A DNA stretch of 64,000 nt from an uncultured Methanoregulaceae archaeon (GTDB taxonomy: Archaea > Halobacteriota > Methanomicrobia > Methanomicrobiales > Methanospirillaceae). The position numbers and the translations under genes were made by a program. This document shows, in pieces, positions 20,204-30,635 of this stretch. The notes below the pieces were generated by a model. It was given only the letters and a program-made list of their open reading frames with translations, ran no database searches and had not been told where the DNA came from. The stretch is taken from assembly GCA_963701095.1 (NCBI GenBank), contig OY969564.1, positions 448,001 to 512,000 on the forward strand, in the 5' to 3' direction. The number at the start of each line of letters is the position of its first letter. The stretch's first letter is position 1.

Positions 20204-22930
20204 GTGACGAACCAAACTATGATAAATGAATCATATAGTCAGGAACTGAAAAAAATCCGGGGTCTTTTAGTCGGACTTAACAAAGGACTTACGGTTACTG
20301 AAATTTCCCGGAAGATTGGGATCAACCGAAATTCTGTTTCAAAATACCTTGATATTCTTCTGACATCCGGAATCGTGGAAATGAAAGTTGTCGGGTCGGC
20401 GAAGCTGTTCACAATCTCAAAACGGATGCCTTTTACTTCAATTATTAACGTTTCTTCTGATTATATTCTGGTTCTTGACGATGATTCCCGCGTCAGTTAT
20501 GCTAATGAAAATATGCTATCCTTTGAAAAAAAAACACTTGACCAGATCACCGGAATGCAATCTGGTGACCTGGAAGTGACCCGGCTTGCTGATCCTGATA
20601 TCAGGAAATTTATTGAAGAAAGCCTCCAGGGGAAGGAATTTGGAACAGAGTTTGAGATAAGTGGAGGCCCGACACCTTTCTTTTTCAAAGCAAAATTTGT
20701 ACCCGGGATGCTTGAGAATAGCAAGAAAGGGGTCATAATTATCCTTAATAATATTGCTAATATTAATCAACCGGCAAAAACACGTAATTCAGATATAATA
20801 ACTATTCCTGCAGCAGCAAGTCCTGATTTCAACCCTCCCTTGGATGGAGATGGAGCCACCGCTATTAACTATGAAAAAGCATCTCTTTTAGAGAAAAACA
20901 TAACCAATTATCAAAAATATCTTGAACTCGCCACGCAGGGGATCTGGGCAATTGACGAAACATTCCGGACTTCCTTTGCCAATGCATGGATGGCAGGAAT
21001 GCTTGGATATTCTGTTAATGAAATGATCGGGAAATCCGTTTACGATTTTGTCTCACCGATAAAAAAAGAACATGTCGAAAAATATCTGCAAAATCTCCGT
21101 GATAATAAAGATGTGCCGGATAATTTTGAGTTTGAATTTATCCGTAAAGATGGTATCAGAATATTTACTCTTGTGGGGCTCTCTCCATTTATCAGTGAAA
21201 CTGGCAAATTTATCGGTGCACTAGCCACCATATCCGATATAACCGATAGGAAAAGAGCGGAAGATGCCTTACGCAATAGCGAGAAGTACTATCGCACTAT
21301 TATTGAAACATCACCAAACGGGATCTTAATTTTCGATAATTCGGGTCTTCTTAAAATGACAAATATGCAGACTGCAAAATATCTGGGGTATGTCGATCCA
21401 AAAGATCTGGAAGGAAAAAATATCTTCGATTTTATTTCACCTAACGATTTGGAAAAATGTGAAAATTTCTTCAACAAAGCAATAGAAAATCAGGATAGTT
21501 CAACATTAACATGCACGCTCATTAAGAAAGACGGCACGGGATTCTGTGCCGATCTGACTGTCTCACTCTTCAATATATCACTTGAAACTGAGAATTTCTT
21601 TATTGGTATAATCACTGACATTTCAGAACACCGTAAAGCTGTCAACCAGATTAAAAAATCGGAACTCAAATATCGTTCTCTTGTAGAGGAAATCGGATCT
21701 GTCATTTTTACAACTGATATAAGGGGAAAAATTACATATATCAGTCCCGTTATTCAAAAAGTCCTTGGATACTCACCGGACGAATTATTGGGTAAACATT
21801 TTTATGCCTTGGTTGATTCATTTTCACGTCACTCTCTTGGCGTCAAACTCAAGGAGGCCCAGACCGTAAAATTACAGCCTTCTGATTTCCAGATGATTGA
21901 CAAATCGGGTAATTCGCGCTGGGTTAGGATTATAACACAGCCTCTGGTTCATGAAGGTCGGCTTCAGGGGATTTCAGGAATCATTGAAGATATCAATGAC
22001 TGGAAAAAAACAGAAAATGCACTTTTACAATGTGAGATCAAATATAAGATTGTGGTCGAGGACCAGATCGATCTTATTTGCCGCTTCTCCCCGGATTATG
22101 GTATTCTTTTTATCAATCCGGCGTTCTGGAAATTCTTCAACAAAACAGAAAATGAAATACTCGGAACTAGTTTTCTTGATTTTATACCTTCGGATTTTCA
22201 TCAGATACTTATGACCAGTATCGAAAAGATGGATACAAAGAATTTTGTAAAAACCATAGAACTTAATCTTGTCACCCCTAAAGGAAACACATACTCATTC
22301 CATGCGACAATTCGGGCAGTGTTAAATGCCGAAGGAAAATCTGCGGAATACCAGATAATTTGCCGGGATATCACAGATTTAAAAGCATATTTTGAACGAT
22401 CTCAGTCCCTTCTTAAAGAGATCCAGACGAGAGAAATTAAACTCAACGCACAAAATGAAGAATTAAGGAAACTTCAGAGATATACTGAAATTTCTGAAAT
22501 GCGATATCGCGATCTCTACGATAAGGTTCCCGCGGGTATTTTGACCCTTGATATGGAGGGCAGGATTATCTCGTTGAATCTGACTGCAACTCAGTTTATT
22601 GGCAGACCAAGAAAATACCTGATCGGACAGGTTTTTTCGAATTTTATTTCCCATAAAGACTTGGAAACATTCTCCGATTTTCTCACCTCCCTGTTCCGTA
22701 TGCATAAAAAACAGACTTGTGAAATTTGCCTGAACGGGTCCGGTGATTTGCCCCTTATGATTAAAATTGACGGCTATGTCACTGATGACATCATTGGTGG
22801 ATCCCCCCAGTGTCAGATGGTATTCACGGATATTTCAGAATTTAATTTACTGGAGAACAGAATTAAAAATAATAAAATCTCTTTTGACGCAAAAACGGAT
22901 CAGTTTGAGGAATTAGAGATTCCAAGGTGA
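20204..22930 (+). CDS. Winged-HTH plus about six PAS domains, one-component regulator with no kinase domain
   Basis: GLTVTEISRKIGINRNSVSKYL helix-turn-helix followed by repeated PAS/PAC units (DITDRKRAE-type linkers); no H-box or HATPase. Confidence 0.85.
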   Translation: MTNQTMINESYSQELKKIRGLLVGLNKGLTVTEISRKIGINRNSVSKYLDILLTSGIVEMKVVGSAKLFTISKRMPFTSIINVSSDYILVLDDDSRVSYANENMLSFEKKTLDQITGMQSGDLEVTRLADPDIRKFIEESLQGKEFGTEFEISGGPTPFFFKAKFVPGMLENSKKGVIIILNNIANINQPAKTRNSDIITIPAAASPDFNPPLDGDGATAINYEKASLLEKNITNYQKYLELATQGIWAIDETFRTSFANAWMAGMLGYSVNEMIGKSVYDFVSPIKKEHVEKYLQNLRDNKDVPDNFEFEFIRKDGIRIFTLVGLSPFISETGKFIGALATISDITDRKRAEDALRNSEKYYRTIIETSPNGILIFDNSGLLKMTNMQTAKYLGYVDPKDLEGKNIFDFISPNDLEKCENFFNKAIENQDSSTLTCTLIKKDGTGFCADLTVSLFNISLETENFFIGIITDISEHRKAVNQIKKSELKYRSLVEEIGSVIFTTDIRGKITYISPVIQKVLGYSPDELLGKHFYALVDSFSRHSLGVKLKEAQTVKLQPSDFQMIDKSGNSRWVRIITQPLVHEGRLQGISGIIEDINDWKKTENALLQCEIKYKIVVEDQIDLICRFSPDYGILFINPAFWKFFNKTENEILGTSFLDFIPSDFHQILMTSIEKMDTKNFVKTIELNLVTPKGNTYSFHATIRAVLNAEGKSAEYQIICRDITDLKAYFERSQSLLKEIQTREIKLNAQNEELRKLQRYTEISEMRYRDLYDKVPAGILTLDMEGRIISLNLTATQFIGRPRKYLIGQVFSNFISHKDLETFSDFLTSLFRMHKKQTCEICLNGSGDLPLMIKIDGYVTDDIIGGSPQCQMVFTDISEFNLLENRIKNNKISFDAKTDQFEELEIPR

Positions 22931-22937
22931 TGAAATT

Positions 22938-24263
22938 TTGAAGACAGCCAAAATCAAATATCCGTCAACCAACTTTGTGCTGTGGATATCACTTATTTTA
23001 CTTGTCGCTCCTACTATGGCCATGACTCCCGTCTGGACGTATTCATATCCTTCCGCGAAAATCGGGAGTGTTGCCATTTCTTCGGATGGAAATTCTATTG
23101 TTGTGGGTTCTGGGCTTTTGTATATCCTTTCTCATGATGGTCAGCTTCAGGCAACTCAACCGTACGGCGATAACGTTGCTATGACTCCTGATGGCTCAAC
23201 AATCGTTTCGTCGTTTGGTCCTACAGTTTATTTATTTAAGCAAAATTTTACAAGAAATCCCAAGATATTTTCAAGTATTCACGAAATCTGGGAGACACAA
23301 CTCCTGAATCCCATATCTTCTTTAAGTATATCCGATAATGGAAAAATGGTAACTCTTTCCACGCAAGGATCTGGCCTTCTGGAGGTTTATTCCTCTAAAG
23401 GCGGTCTTATCGGTTACAATAATCAGAGTTACTATCCTGTCGTCAAGATTTCATCTGACGGGCAGGTTATTGTCGGACTCTCCCAAACGGCAATGACCGT
23501 TGTCGACAAATACGGGCGTTCTAAAGTGTACTTCAATTTATCTGTCGTTTCCGATCCGACGGTAATGGCCTTGACATCCGATGGAGATGCAGTTTTCTTC
23601 AATGATGATCAACGAGTCTGGTGTGCATCGACAAAATCGAACGGATCAGCAATCTGGTCTTCGTTGCTACCCGGGGATATAAACGCTCTCGCTGTAACAC
23701 CAAGCGGATCGGATATTTTCATTGGAACCGATAATGGATATGTGGACCATTTTGACAAAAATGGAAACCTTACCTGGGAATATAACATAAATCAGAATGG
23801 AACTCGTGGATCCATGGTTCAAAGTGTAGCTGTGTCGGATAATGGTGCGAACGTTATTGCCGGAACGTATGATGGTAAAACGCTCATGTTTTCTTCGGAT
23901 GGTGATCTGTTATGGTCCAACCAGACAAACGATCATATCCATCACGTAGTATTAACCGGGGACGGCTCTTTTGCAATAGCAACCGGTGATTACACGGTGT
24001 ATGCCTATCAATCGGTAAGTTCAGGAGCGAGCCCCTCAACGGCCTCGACTGTGGTCTCGACCCTAACACCTGGTGAAGATAATCCGCCTGTATCTGATTA
24101 CGGTTCAGGACCTGCGGATAATAGCACAGTGGTCCCTACGCCGGTTTCACAGGATCTATCACAGTATTCTACTATTCAGACTGCACAGGGAAGTCCCTTG
24201 TCCCCCGTGACTGGATACATTGCGATCATAGTCATAATAGTATTAATTCGGAGAAAGGGGTAA
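22938..24263 (+). CDS. Secreted WD40/PQQ-type beta-propeller surface protein with C-terminal anchor
   Basis: Signal peptide; repeats VAISSDG / VAMTPDG / AVTPSG; Ser/Thr linker; SPLSP-TM-RRKG tail. Confidence 0.8.
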   Translation: MKTAKIKYPSTNFVLWISLILLVAPTMAMTPVWTYSYPSAKIGSVAISSDGNSIVVGSGLLYILSHDGQLQATQPYGDNVAMTPDGSTIVSSFGPTVYLFKQNFTRNPKIFSSIHEIWETQLLNPISSLSISDNGKMVTLSTQGSGLLEVYSSKGGLIGYNNQSYYPVVKISSDGQVIVGLSQTAMTVVDKYGRSKVYFNLSVVSDPTVMALTSDGDAVFFNDDQRVWCASTKSNGSAIWSSLLPGDINALAVTPSGSDIFIGTDNGYVDHFDKNGNLTWEYNINQNGTRGSMVQSVAVSDNGANVIAGTYDGKTLMFSSDGDLLWSNQTNDHIHHVVLTGDGSFAIATGDYTVYAYQSVSSGASPSTASTVVSTLTPGEDNPPVSDYGSGPADNSTVVPTPVSQDLSQYSTIQTAQGSPLSPVTGYIAIIVIIVLIRRKG

Positions 24264-24391
24264 CAGGTCTCTAAATTGGAAATTATTAATGCGATTTAAT
24301 TCTATAATGGTGATTATTCAGAAATGATTGTTTCAAAAATAAAATAGTTTAATTGACTTTTATTACCTGTGTAAGCCAGGCATTTTTCTGA

Positions 24392-24898
24392 TTATGAACT
24401 ACCAGAAGTATTACTAATATTCCTCATGACGATGTTCAGGTTTGATTGAGCATCGGAATATTCAGGGGCAATTTGGAGGGCCTTTTCGAAGGAATCACGA
24501 GCTCCCGTATAATTTCCCATGTCCATTAATGCAACACCCCTGCTGTTCCATACATCCGCAAGATCACTTTCTATGGCAAGAGCAGAGTTAAACGATGATA
24601 CCGCAGCGGATGTTTGGTTCAATGCCATAAAGGCATTTCCTTGGTCTACCCATGTTCGTGCGTTCGTTGGATCTAACGCAAGGGATTGATTGTAGAATCC
24701 AATTGCAGTAGCGTAATCTCCCATGACGTATGCATTAAAACCGCTGGTGTGCAGGGTGACAGCGTCTGAAACGGCCGGCGTCGTCGGTTGAGTCATCTGT
24801 TGGGTTTCTTGTGATACCGAATTGTTGTTTACGCAGCCGCACACTATAACCACAACAAGGATTAGCGCCGTAATTACCACGAATCTTTTAAAGGACAT
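24392..24898 (-). CDS. TPR-repeat lipoprotein
   Basis: Lipobox VCGC and three TPR units (e.g. WNSRGVALMDMGNYTGARDSFEKALQIAP). Confidence 0.85.
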   Translation of the reverse strand: MSFKRFVVITALILVVVIVCGCVNNNSVSQETQQMTQPTTPAVSDAVTLHTSGFNAYVMGDYATAIGFYNQSLALDPTNARTWVDQGNAFMALNQTSAAVSSFNSALAIESDLADVWNSRGVALMDMGNYTGARDSFEKALQIAPEYSDAQSNLNIVMRNISNTSGSS

Positions 24899-25046
24899 AG
24901 TAGTTTCAATTCATCGCAAAAATGATAAAGTTTTGTATGGAAAGGAAATATATTTCAAACAACTTGAAAAATATCTTCTAATCACAAAATTTTTTTATTT
25001 TCGAAAATGCATCAAGATGATCGAACGTTGAATAATTTAAAAAAAT

Positions 25047-25712
25047 TTAGTATTCACTCCGCCGCTTTAAGACGTAGACTATGAACACCATGCCTAAGAC
25101 CATAGCTATTGGCAAGCCTACGGTGGGGAATTCAGGCACATACGGTATTTGCCGGACCGGGATAAGGCTGTCTTGATAACTAACTGAATCCCAGAGGATT
25201 ACACCGTACCACTGTCCCGCACTTGGAACGAATGACGAGTGCGATATTGCGTTGGTCACCAATGTGCTAACGGCGCTCTTTTCTCCGGGTGAAACAGGAC
25301 CTCCAGAAATTGATGTCCAATAAGCATTAGGTCCACCATTACCGAGTTGCCATATTGCACTCTGGATGGTATACTTGTCATTTGATCCCTCATTGTTCAG
25401 AATCCAGTTAATAGCCCCCCAATTGGCAGTAGGTACCTGAGATGGAACTAAACCTAATGTTGAATAAACATTCCATGTTTCTTTGTCCCCGTTTTGCAGG
25501 ACGTCTACCCTATCACTGCACCACGAGACGTATAGCGGCGGTGAATTGGGAAGATCTCCAGTTCCTCCTGATATGATGTTAACTTGCGCGTATCCAAAGA
25601 GTGATGTAGGATACGTCACCATACCGTACACCGTTGTTGGTAACGCTGCCGAGGCTACAGAAACCAAGGCAACTAATCCAACAAGCATAGCCAAGATAAG
25701 GACTTTTCTCAT
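25047..25712 (-). CDS. PEF-CTERM surface protein with thioester-domain-like motifs (paralog 1)
   Basis: Signal peptide; single Cys in WCSD; IQSAIW; YQDSLI; VPEFP-TM-KRR tail. Confidence 0.85.
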   Translation of the reverse strand: MRKVLILAMLVGLVALVSVASAALPTTVYGMVTYPTSLFGYAQVNIISGGTGDLPNSPPLYVSWCSDRVDVLQNGDKETWNVYSTLGLVPSQVPTANWGAINWILNNEGSNDKYTIQSAIWQLGNGGPNAYWTSISGGPVSPGEKSAVSTLVTNAISHSSFVPSAGQWYGVILWDSVSYQDSLIPVRQIPYVPEFPTVGLPIAMVLGMVFIVYVLKRRSEY

Positions 25713-25841
25713 ACAAGCATTCCTCCTTTTTTCAAAATGATATCCAGTCGGGAGATATTATAAATAAATGCGAAGCACAGAAGCAATGCAGATCTTTTTT
25801 GTGATTTGAAAATTGTTCAGAACCATTAAAAGAGAAAAAAA

Positions 25842-26503
25842 TTAGATTTCACTCCGCCGCTTTGCGACGTACACTGTGAATACCATGCCCAACACCATAG
25901 CTCACCGGCAATCCGACGGTTGGGAATTCAGGGTACTGGCGGTGGTGTTTTTGGGACCGGGAGAGGGATAAGAATATCTTGAGTGGTTTTTGAATCCCAG
26001 AGGATTACACCGTACCACTGTCCCGCACTTGGAACGAATGAAGCATGTGATAATGCAGTGGTTACCAATGTGCTTACAGCAGCCTTTTCAGCGGGAGTAA
26101 CTGGAGACCAATAGGCGTGAGGTCCACCATTACCAAGTTGCCATATTGCGCTCTGGACGACGTGCTCGTCGTTCGACCCTTCGTTGTTCAGTATCCAGTT
26201 AATAGCGCCCCAATTGGCAGTAGGTACCTGAGATGGAACGACACCCAATGTTGAATAAACATTCCATGTTTCAACCTTTGCATTTTGCAGGACACCTTCT
26301 TTGTCAACGCACCAGCCAGGGTATAGTGGCGGTGAATTGGCAAGATCTGCATTTCCTCCTGATATAACATCAAATTTCACATACCCAAAGAGTGATGAAG
26401 GGTACGTTGCTTTACCAGTCACAGTCGTTGGTAACGCTGCCGAGGCTACAGAAACCAAGGCAACTAAGCCAACGAGAATGGCCAAAATAAGGACTTTCCT
26501 CAT
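25842..26503 (-). CDS. PEF-CTERM surface protein with thioester-domain-like motifs (paralog 2); sorting signal interrupted by two +1 bases
   Basis: MRKVLIL start at 26503; WCVD, VQSAIW, TQDILI. Removing one base at 25931-25933 and one near 25902 restores VPEFPTVGLPVAMVLGMVFTVYVAKRRSEI* (TAA 25842-25844). Confidence 0.8.
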
Positions 26504-26792
26504 ATAAGCATACCTCCTTTTAACAAATTGATAACCTTCCGGAGATATTATAAATAAATGCGATGCAGCGATGCATGGCATCTGGTTCCATGAATGTAAT
26601 TTATATGCTCCTTGAGGGAAGACGGCATGTTTGTAAAGGAAATAAAGGCGATATAAACGATTACTTCAGCCGGTCGACAAGCGAGTGAAAGCGAAGATAG
26701 TATTGCTTGCCCGGCTCTCTTCAGTTTTTTCGCTACACTAGGCGAGTCATTCTATAATAAAAATATTTTTCAAATAACCGAAGATTTCGATC

Positions 26793-27830
26793 TTACGATA
26801 AATCAAGCTCGTTATTTTGCTTCAATGCATGGTATATACTTGACATAAGATTATTTATTGGTGACAACCACTTCAACTGATAATAGGGAACGGTAGTTCC
26901 GTTGAATTTTCTTTTGAAAGGAAACAGGGAATAATCATCGGCACCCAGGATCTGAAAGACCTTATAGTGATTATCCGCACTCCACCGTATTGCTTCCCAG
27001 AGGAGCAATTCATTGGGACTCAGCCCTTTGAATAAACATTTCGGAGCGCCAATCCAGAAACTCACCATATCTTTATATGCAATTGTTATTATTCCACTGA
27101 GACGTTCTGATCCAGCTCGTGCAATGAATACTTTTATATGGTCCGGTGAAAAAAAAGTAAAAAGTTCGGAAAGGTAGTCTTCTGGAGAATGGATTCTGTT
27201 TCTTTTTGCGAGCATATCACGGATGAAGAACGCATCTTCTCTTGTTCCATCAGAAACGGTAATTCCTTCTTTTTTTGCTTTTTCAATATAATATCTCAGA
27301 CTTCTGTTGAAATTTTTTAAAATATTGTCTGATCCGCACGTAAGATCGATATGATAGGTGTATCGTGGGGTTGCAGAATACCCGCCCCATTTGAATAATC
27401 TGCAATCACTAAACCCCGGGGGAGTATTAATCTGAATATAATTCGCTTTCAGATTTTTTTTAATGAATCTGTCTGCCTGTATCTGCAAATCCTGGAGGAA
27501 CATTTGTTTCTTTTCTTGTTTCATGGTTTCAAGATCGGGGATAAGAGGACCGAGGTATAACAAGTCTATATTCGAAGGAGGGGAATAACAAAAGGTGCTC
27601 ATGGGAGTTTTAAAAAGATACAGTGGATAAATCCCTACAATTATTTCGTTTTGTGTGATAAACAAGGGAAAAAATTGAGCATTGAACTTGAAACCGGCAA
27701 TTTTTATAACCGAATATTTTTCCAGAAGTTTCAGCCATTTCCATGTATAAAATAATGTACCGTTTGGGGACCTGTCAACTATTGTGTCCCACTGTTGAGA
27801 ATCATTTTCTTCACCAATTATTAATTTCAT
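26793..27830 (-). CDS. FemAB-like GNAT family protein (paralog 1)
   Basis: WDTIVDRSPNGTLFYTWKWL, SPP..YLGP, YIEKAKKEGITV, SPNELLLWEAIRW, FKRKF. Confidence 0.85.
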   Translation of the reverse strand: MKLIIGEENDSQQWDTIVDRSPNGTLFYTWKWLKLLEKYSVIKIAGFKFNAQFFPLFITQNEIIVGIYPLYLFKTPMSTFCYSPPSNIDLLYLGPLIPDLETMKQEKKQMFLQDLQIQADRFIKKNLKANYIQINTPPGFSDCRLFKWGGYSATPRYTYHIDLTCGSDNILKNFNRSLRYYIEKAKKEGITVSDGTREDAFFIRDMLAKRNRIHSPEDYLSELFTFFSPDHIKVFIARAGSERLSGIITIAYKDMVSFWIGAPKCLFKGLSPNELLLWEAIRWSADNHYKVFQILGADDYSLFPFKRKFNGTTVPYYQLKWLSPINNLMSSIYHALKQNNELDLS

Positions 27831-27944
27831 GTCCGTGTATGTTATGCAATTAGATATTAATTTATTGTCATCCTGTAATCCAAGTTTTATAATACGACAA
27901 TCAATTGAAATAAAAATAATTACATATCTTTATTCCGGCGACGA

Positions 27945-29405
27945 TTACTTTGAAATAATTCTATTCACAAATTTTAGCAATCCGTTCCTTAGACTTATAT
28001 CCTGGTAAAGAATGACCGCATAGTAAACAACGGATACGATTACAATAATAATCATGATAATCACAGAGGAAAGAGAAAGAAGCATCGCAACGAATAGGGG
28101 TATGCAAACGATCGATCCAAACAATAGATAATACCCTATATCATACAACATATCTCTCCACGAAACCTCGGCAATATTTAACGAATATATGTTCATCCAT
28201 CCTCCGAGAGCGGTTCCCGCGAGTGAAAGAAGTATCATGCTCATAATTGGACTATGCATTACCCCTCCTATAATAAGAGCGGAAGCACTCAAAACAAGGA
28301 GTGAAAGATTAAACCATAGAGTAACGGCCTGCTTTCCGAGAACCTGATAAATATAATACAGGGGAATCGAAACAAAGCTCATAAAAAAACTCGGCGCTAA
28401 AATTTGTGCGTACTGTCCTGCAGTAGCCCATCGCGTTCCCAAGACAAATGAGAAAATCACCGGTCCTGCTATAACCAGAATCAGGCAGATGAATATGCCA
28501 AAAGAGATCAACCTTTTGAGTACCGCTTTCACGACGTTTTTAATCCCTCCTGTAAGATTTTTCTCGAGGCATGCCTGCTGGAAAAAAACGGTACCGATTG
28601 AAGTTCCAACTAGTTTGGAAGGTAATCTTAATGCTATATAGGACATGGCATAATATCCGACTATTTCCGGAGAAAAATTAAGAGCGAGCAAAAAAGGAAT
28701 AAATTGAATTACGACGTTTGCTGCCAGATCTGATCCAAAACTGTATTGAGGAAATTTTTTATAATATATCATTAATTTTTTTATCTTCTGGAAAGATGTA
28801 TGATAGAAGAGAGAGAAATCTTCACTGATTTTTTTCAACAGCATAATAGCTATTGTCGCATCATTAATCATCGATCCAAGAATAAGGCCAAAAGGGGTTG
28901 ATTTCAGAATCCCATAACCGATTGAAAACCCCTTACCTGTAAATGAACTTACTACATTCGCGGAAGCAAGGGCATTATATTGTTCCTGTCTTGAGATCCA
29001 AAAACCAAGTACATAGGCATAACCGCTGAAAATGATTGCAAACGGCAGAAGTGGTAGATAACGAGATAATGTAGGGGCGTTTAATTCTTTTTCTATAGTG
29101 CCGGAAAAGAGAAAGAAGCAAAGCGTGGTAATAAATGATATAATTGTAATAAGAGACAAACATAAGATGACGACGTTTGCTGCATCCTCCTTTTTTTCCG
29201 GTAAAACTATTGCATAATAATAGGAAAAACATGCAAGAGGCGCTATAAGGCTGACAATGGAGAGAAATATCTGGAATATTCCAAAATCTGATGGGGAGTA
29301 AATCCGTGCAAGGATCGGAGTCGCTATTAACCCGAGTATCTGCCCCACAAGAGTTGATGAAGATAATTTTAACATGTTTGAAAGAAATTTTGACATCGGA
29401 CCCAA
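27945..29405 (-). CDS. Wzx-like oligosaccharide flippase (MOP superfamily)
   Basis: PILARIYSPSDFG, about 12-14 TM segments, EIVGYYAMS, WATAGQYAQIL. Confidence 0.88.
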   Translation of the reverse strand: MGPMSKFLSNMLKLSSSTLVGQILGLIATPILARIYSPSDFGIFQIFLSIVSLIAPLACFSYYYAIVLPEKKEDAANVVILCLSLITIISFITTLCFFLFSGTIEKELNAPTLSRYLPLLPFAIIFSGYAYVLGFWISRQEQYNALASANVVSSFTGKGFSIGYGILKSTPFGLILGSMINDATIAIMLLKKISEDFSLFYHTSFQKIKKLMIYYKKFPQYSFGSDLAANVVIQFIPFLLALNFSPEIVGYYAMSYIALRLPSKLVGTSIGTVFFQQACLEKNLTGGIKNVVKAVLKRLISFGIFICLILVIAGPVIFSFVLGTRWATAGQYAQILAPSFFMSFVSIPLYYIYQVLGKQAVTLWFNLSLLVLSASALIIGGVMHSPIMSMILLSLAGTALGGWMNIYSLNIAEVSWRDMLYDIGYYLLFGSIVCIPLFVAMLLSLSSVIIMIIIVIVSVVYYAVILYQDISLRNGLLKFVNRIISK

Positions 29406-29603
29406 TCTTATAATATTACTCAGGAATAAAAATATTATGGAATGCCATAGATCGGAGCGAAAGAGTCAACCCCGATGATATTCTGCAAACACTATATCTT
29501 AGGTACCTCGGCGGTTACATAATTGGGATAGATGAATATAATTTTTTATAATTGTGTCCTTCCGGTTTACTAACTATTAAATAAATTCAAGTGATAATAA
29601 GGA

Positions 29604-30605
29604 TTGACTCGTAATATGGTGCTATTTGATCTAAGTCCTGATGATTATTGGTATCTGATGATTTTTATTTTTTTTATAGTTCCGTTTTTTTTCACGGTCG
29701 CGGCGCTACCCTATATCATAAAAAAACTCCGGCTTAACGGACACGTGGTCCGGGATATGTACAAGCCTGATCAGCCTGAAATTCCTACCCAGGGTGGTAT
29801 TCCCATTCTTCTCATCTCTATTTTTTCCCTTTCAATTCTAACTTTATTTTATAGTAAAATGGTTACGCCAATTAATTACACCATTATTGTAGTAGTAATT
29901 CTTTTTGCCCTTTTCGGCTTGTTAGACGATCTCGTTAACATAGGCAGACCCGTAAAACTGGTGTTATTGTACTATTGTTCCTATCCCCTCATTCCCTTCA
30001 TTACGACCACTGCATTCTTTATTCCCTTTTTGGGTCATGCAGATTTATCTATTATTTATCTCCAACTTATCATCCCAACATATGTACCCGTGGTTTCAAA
30101 TCTTGTAAATATGCATTCTGGATTTAATGGGCTTGCGCCGGGTCTTTCCCTCATCGTCCTCATTTCCCTTGTCATAAAAACCTATATTTACGGTAACATT
30201 TCAAACGCCCTTTTTATTGTCTGCCTTACCGGGGCCCTCGCCGGTTATTTTCTGTTTGAAAAGTACCCCTCGAAAATATTCTGGGGAAATATCGGGGCTC
30301 TTGCTATCGGAGCTGCTATCGGCGCTATAATTGTGTCCCAAGGATTTATTATCGGTGGTTTTATTATGCTTATTCCCCATATAGTGAATTTCCTTCAGTA
30401 TGTATTTTGGCGGGTGAATAAAGATAAATATCCGATCGCAAAATTTGGAAAAGTTCGAGAAGATGGAACACTTGAAGTACCGAACCCTCTCACCCTTAAA
30501 TGGGTTCTGCCGTATTATTTCCGTATGACAGAAAAAACGGCGGTGTACGCCATGTTTGCTGTAACCGGTATTTTTTGTCTGATCGGGATATTTATACCTT
30601 GGTGA
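29604..30605 (+). CDS. Polyprenyl-phosphate HexNAc-1-phosphate transferase (MraY/WecA/AglH family)
   Basis: RDMYKP..IPTQGGI, GLLDD, NLVNMHSGFNGL, KIFWGNIG. Confidence 0.88.
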   Translation: MTRNMVLFDLSPDDYWYLMIFIFFIVPFFFTVAALPYIIKKLRLNGHVVRDMYKPDQPEIPTQGGIPILLISIFSLSILTLFYSKMVTPINYTIIVVVILFALFGLLDDLVNIGRPVKLVLLYYCSYPLIPFITTTAFFIPFLGHADLSIIYLQLIIPTYVPVVSNLVNMHSGFNGLAPGLSLIVLISLVIKTYIYGNISNALFIVCLTGALAGYFLFEKYPSKIFWGNIGALAIGAAIGAIIVSQGFIIGGFIMLIPHIVNFLQYVFWRVNKDKYPIAKFGKVREDGTLEVPNPLTLKWVLPYYFRMTEKTAVYAMFAVTGIFCLIGIFIPW

Positions 30606-30635
30606 TATAAAGAAGACCTATTTCGGTGATAATCT

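Larger units (their letters stand above)
25047..26563 (-). repeat. Tandem gene duplication including upstream region
   Basis: Long identical coding stretches in both copies and an identical GGAGATATTATAAATAAATGCGA at 25751-25773 and 26541-26563. Confidence 0.85.

Noticed and set aside
20204..22930. Sensor histidine kinase
   Set aside because: No HisKA H-box or HATPase motifs; the protein ends shortly after the last PAS domain and the next gene starts 7 bp later.
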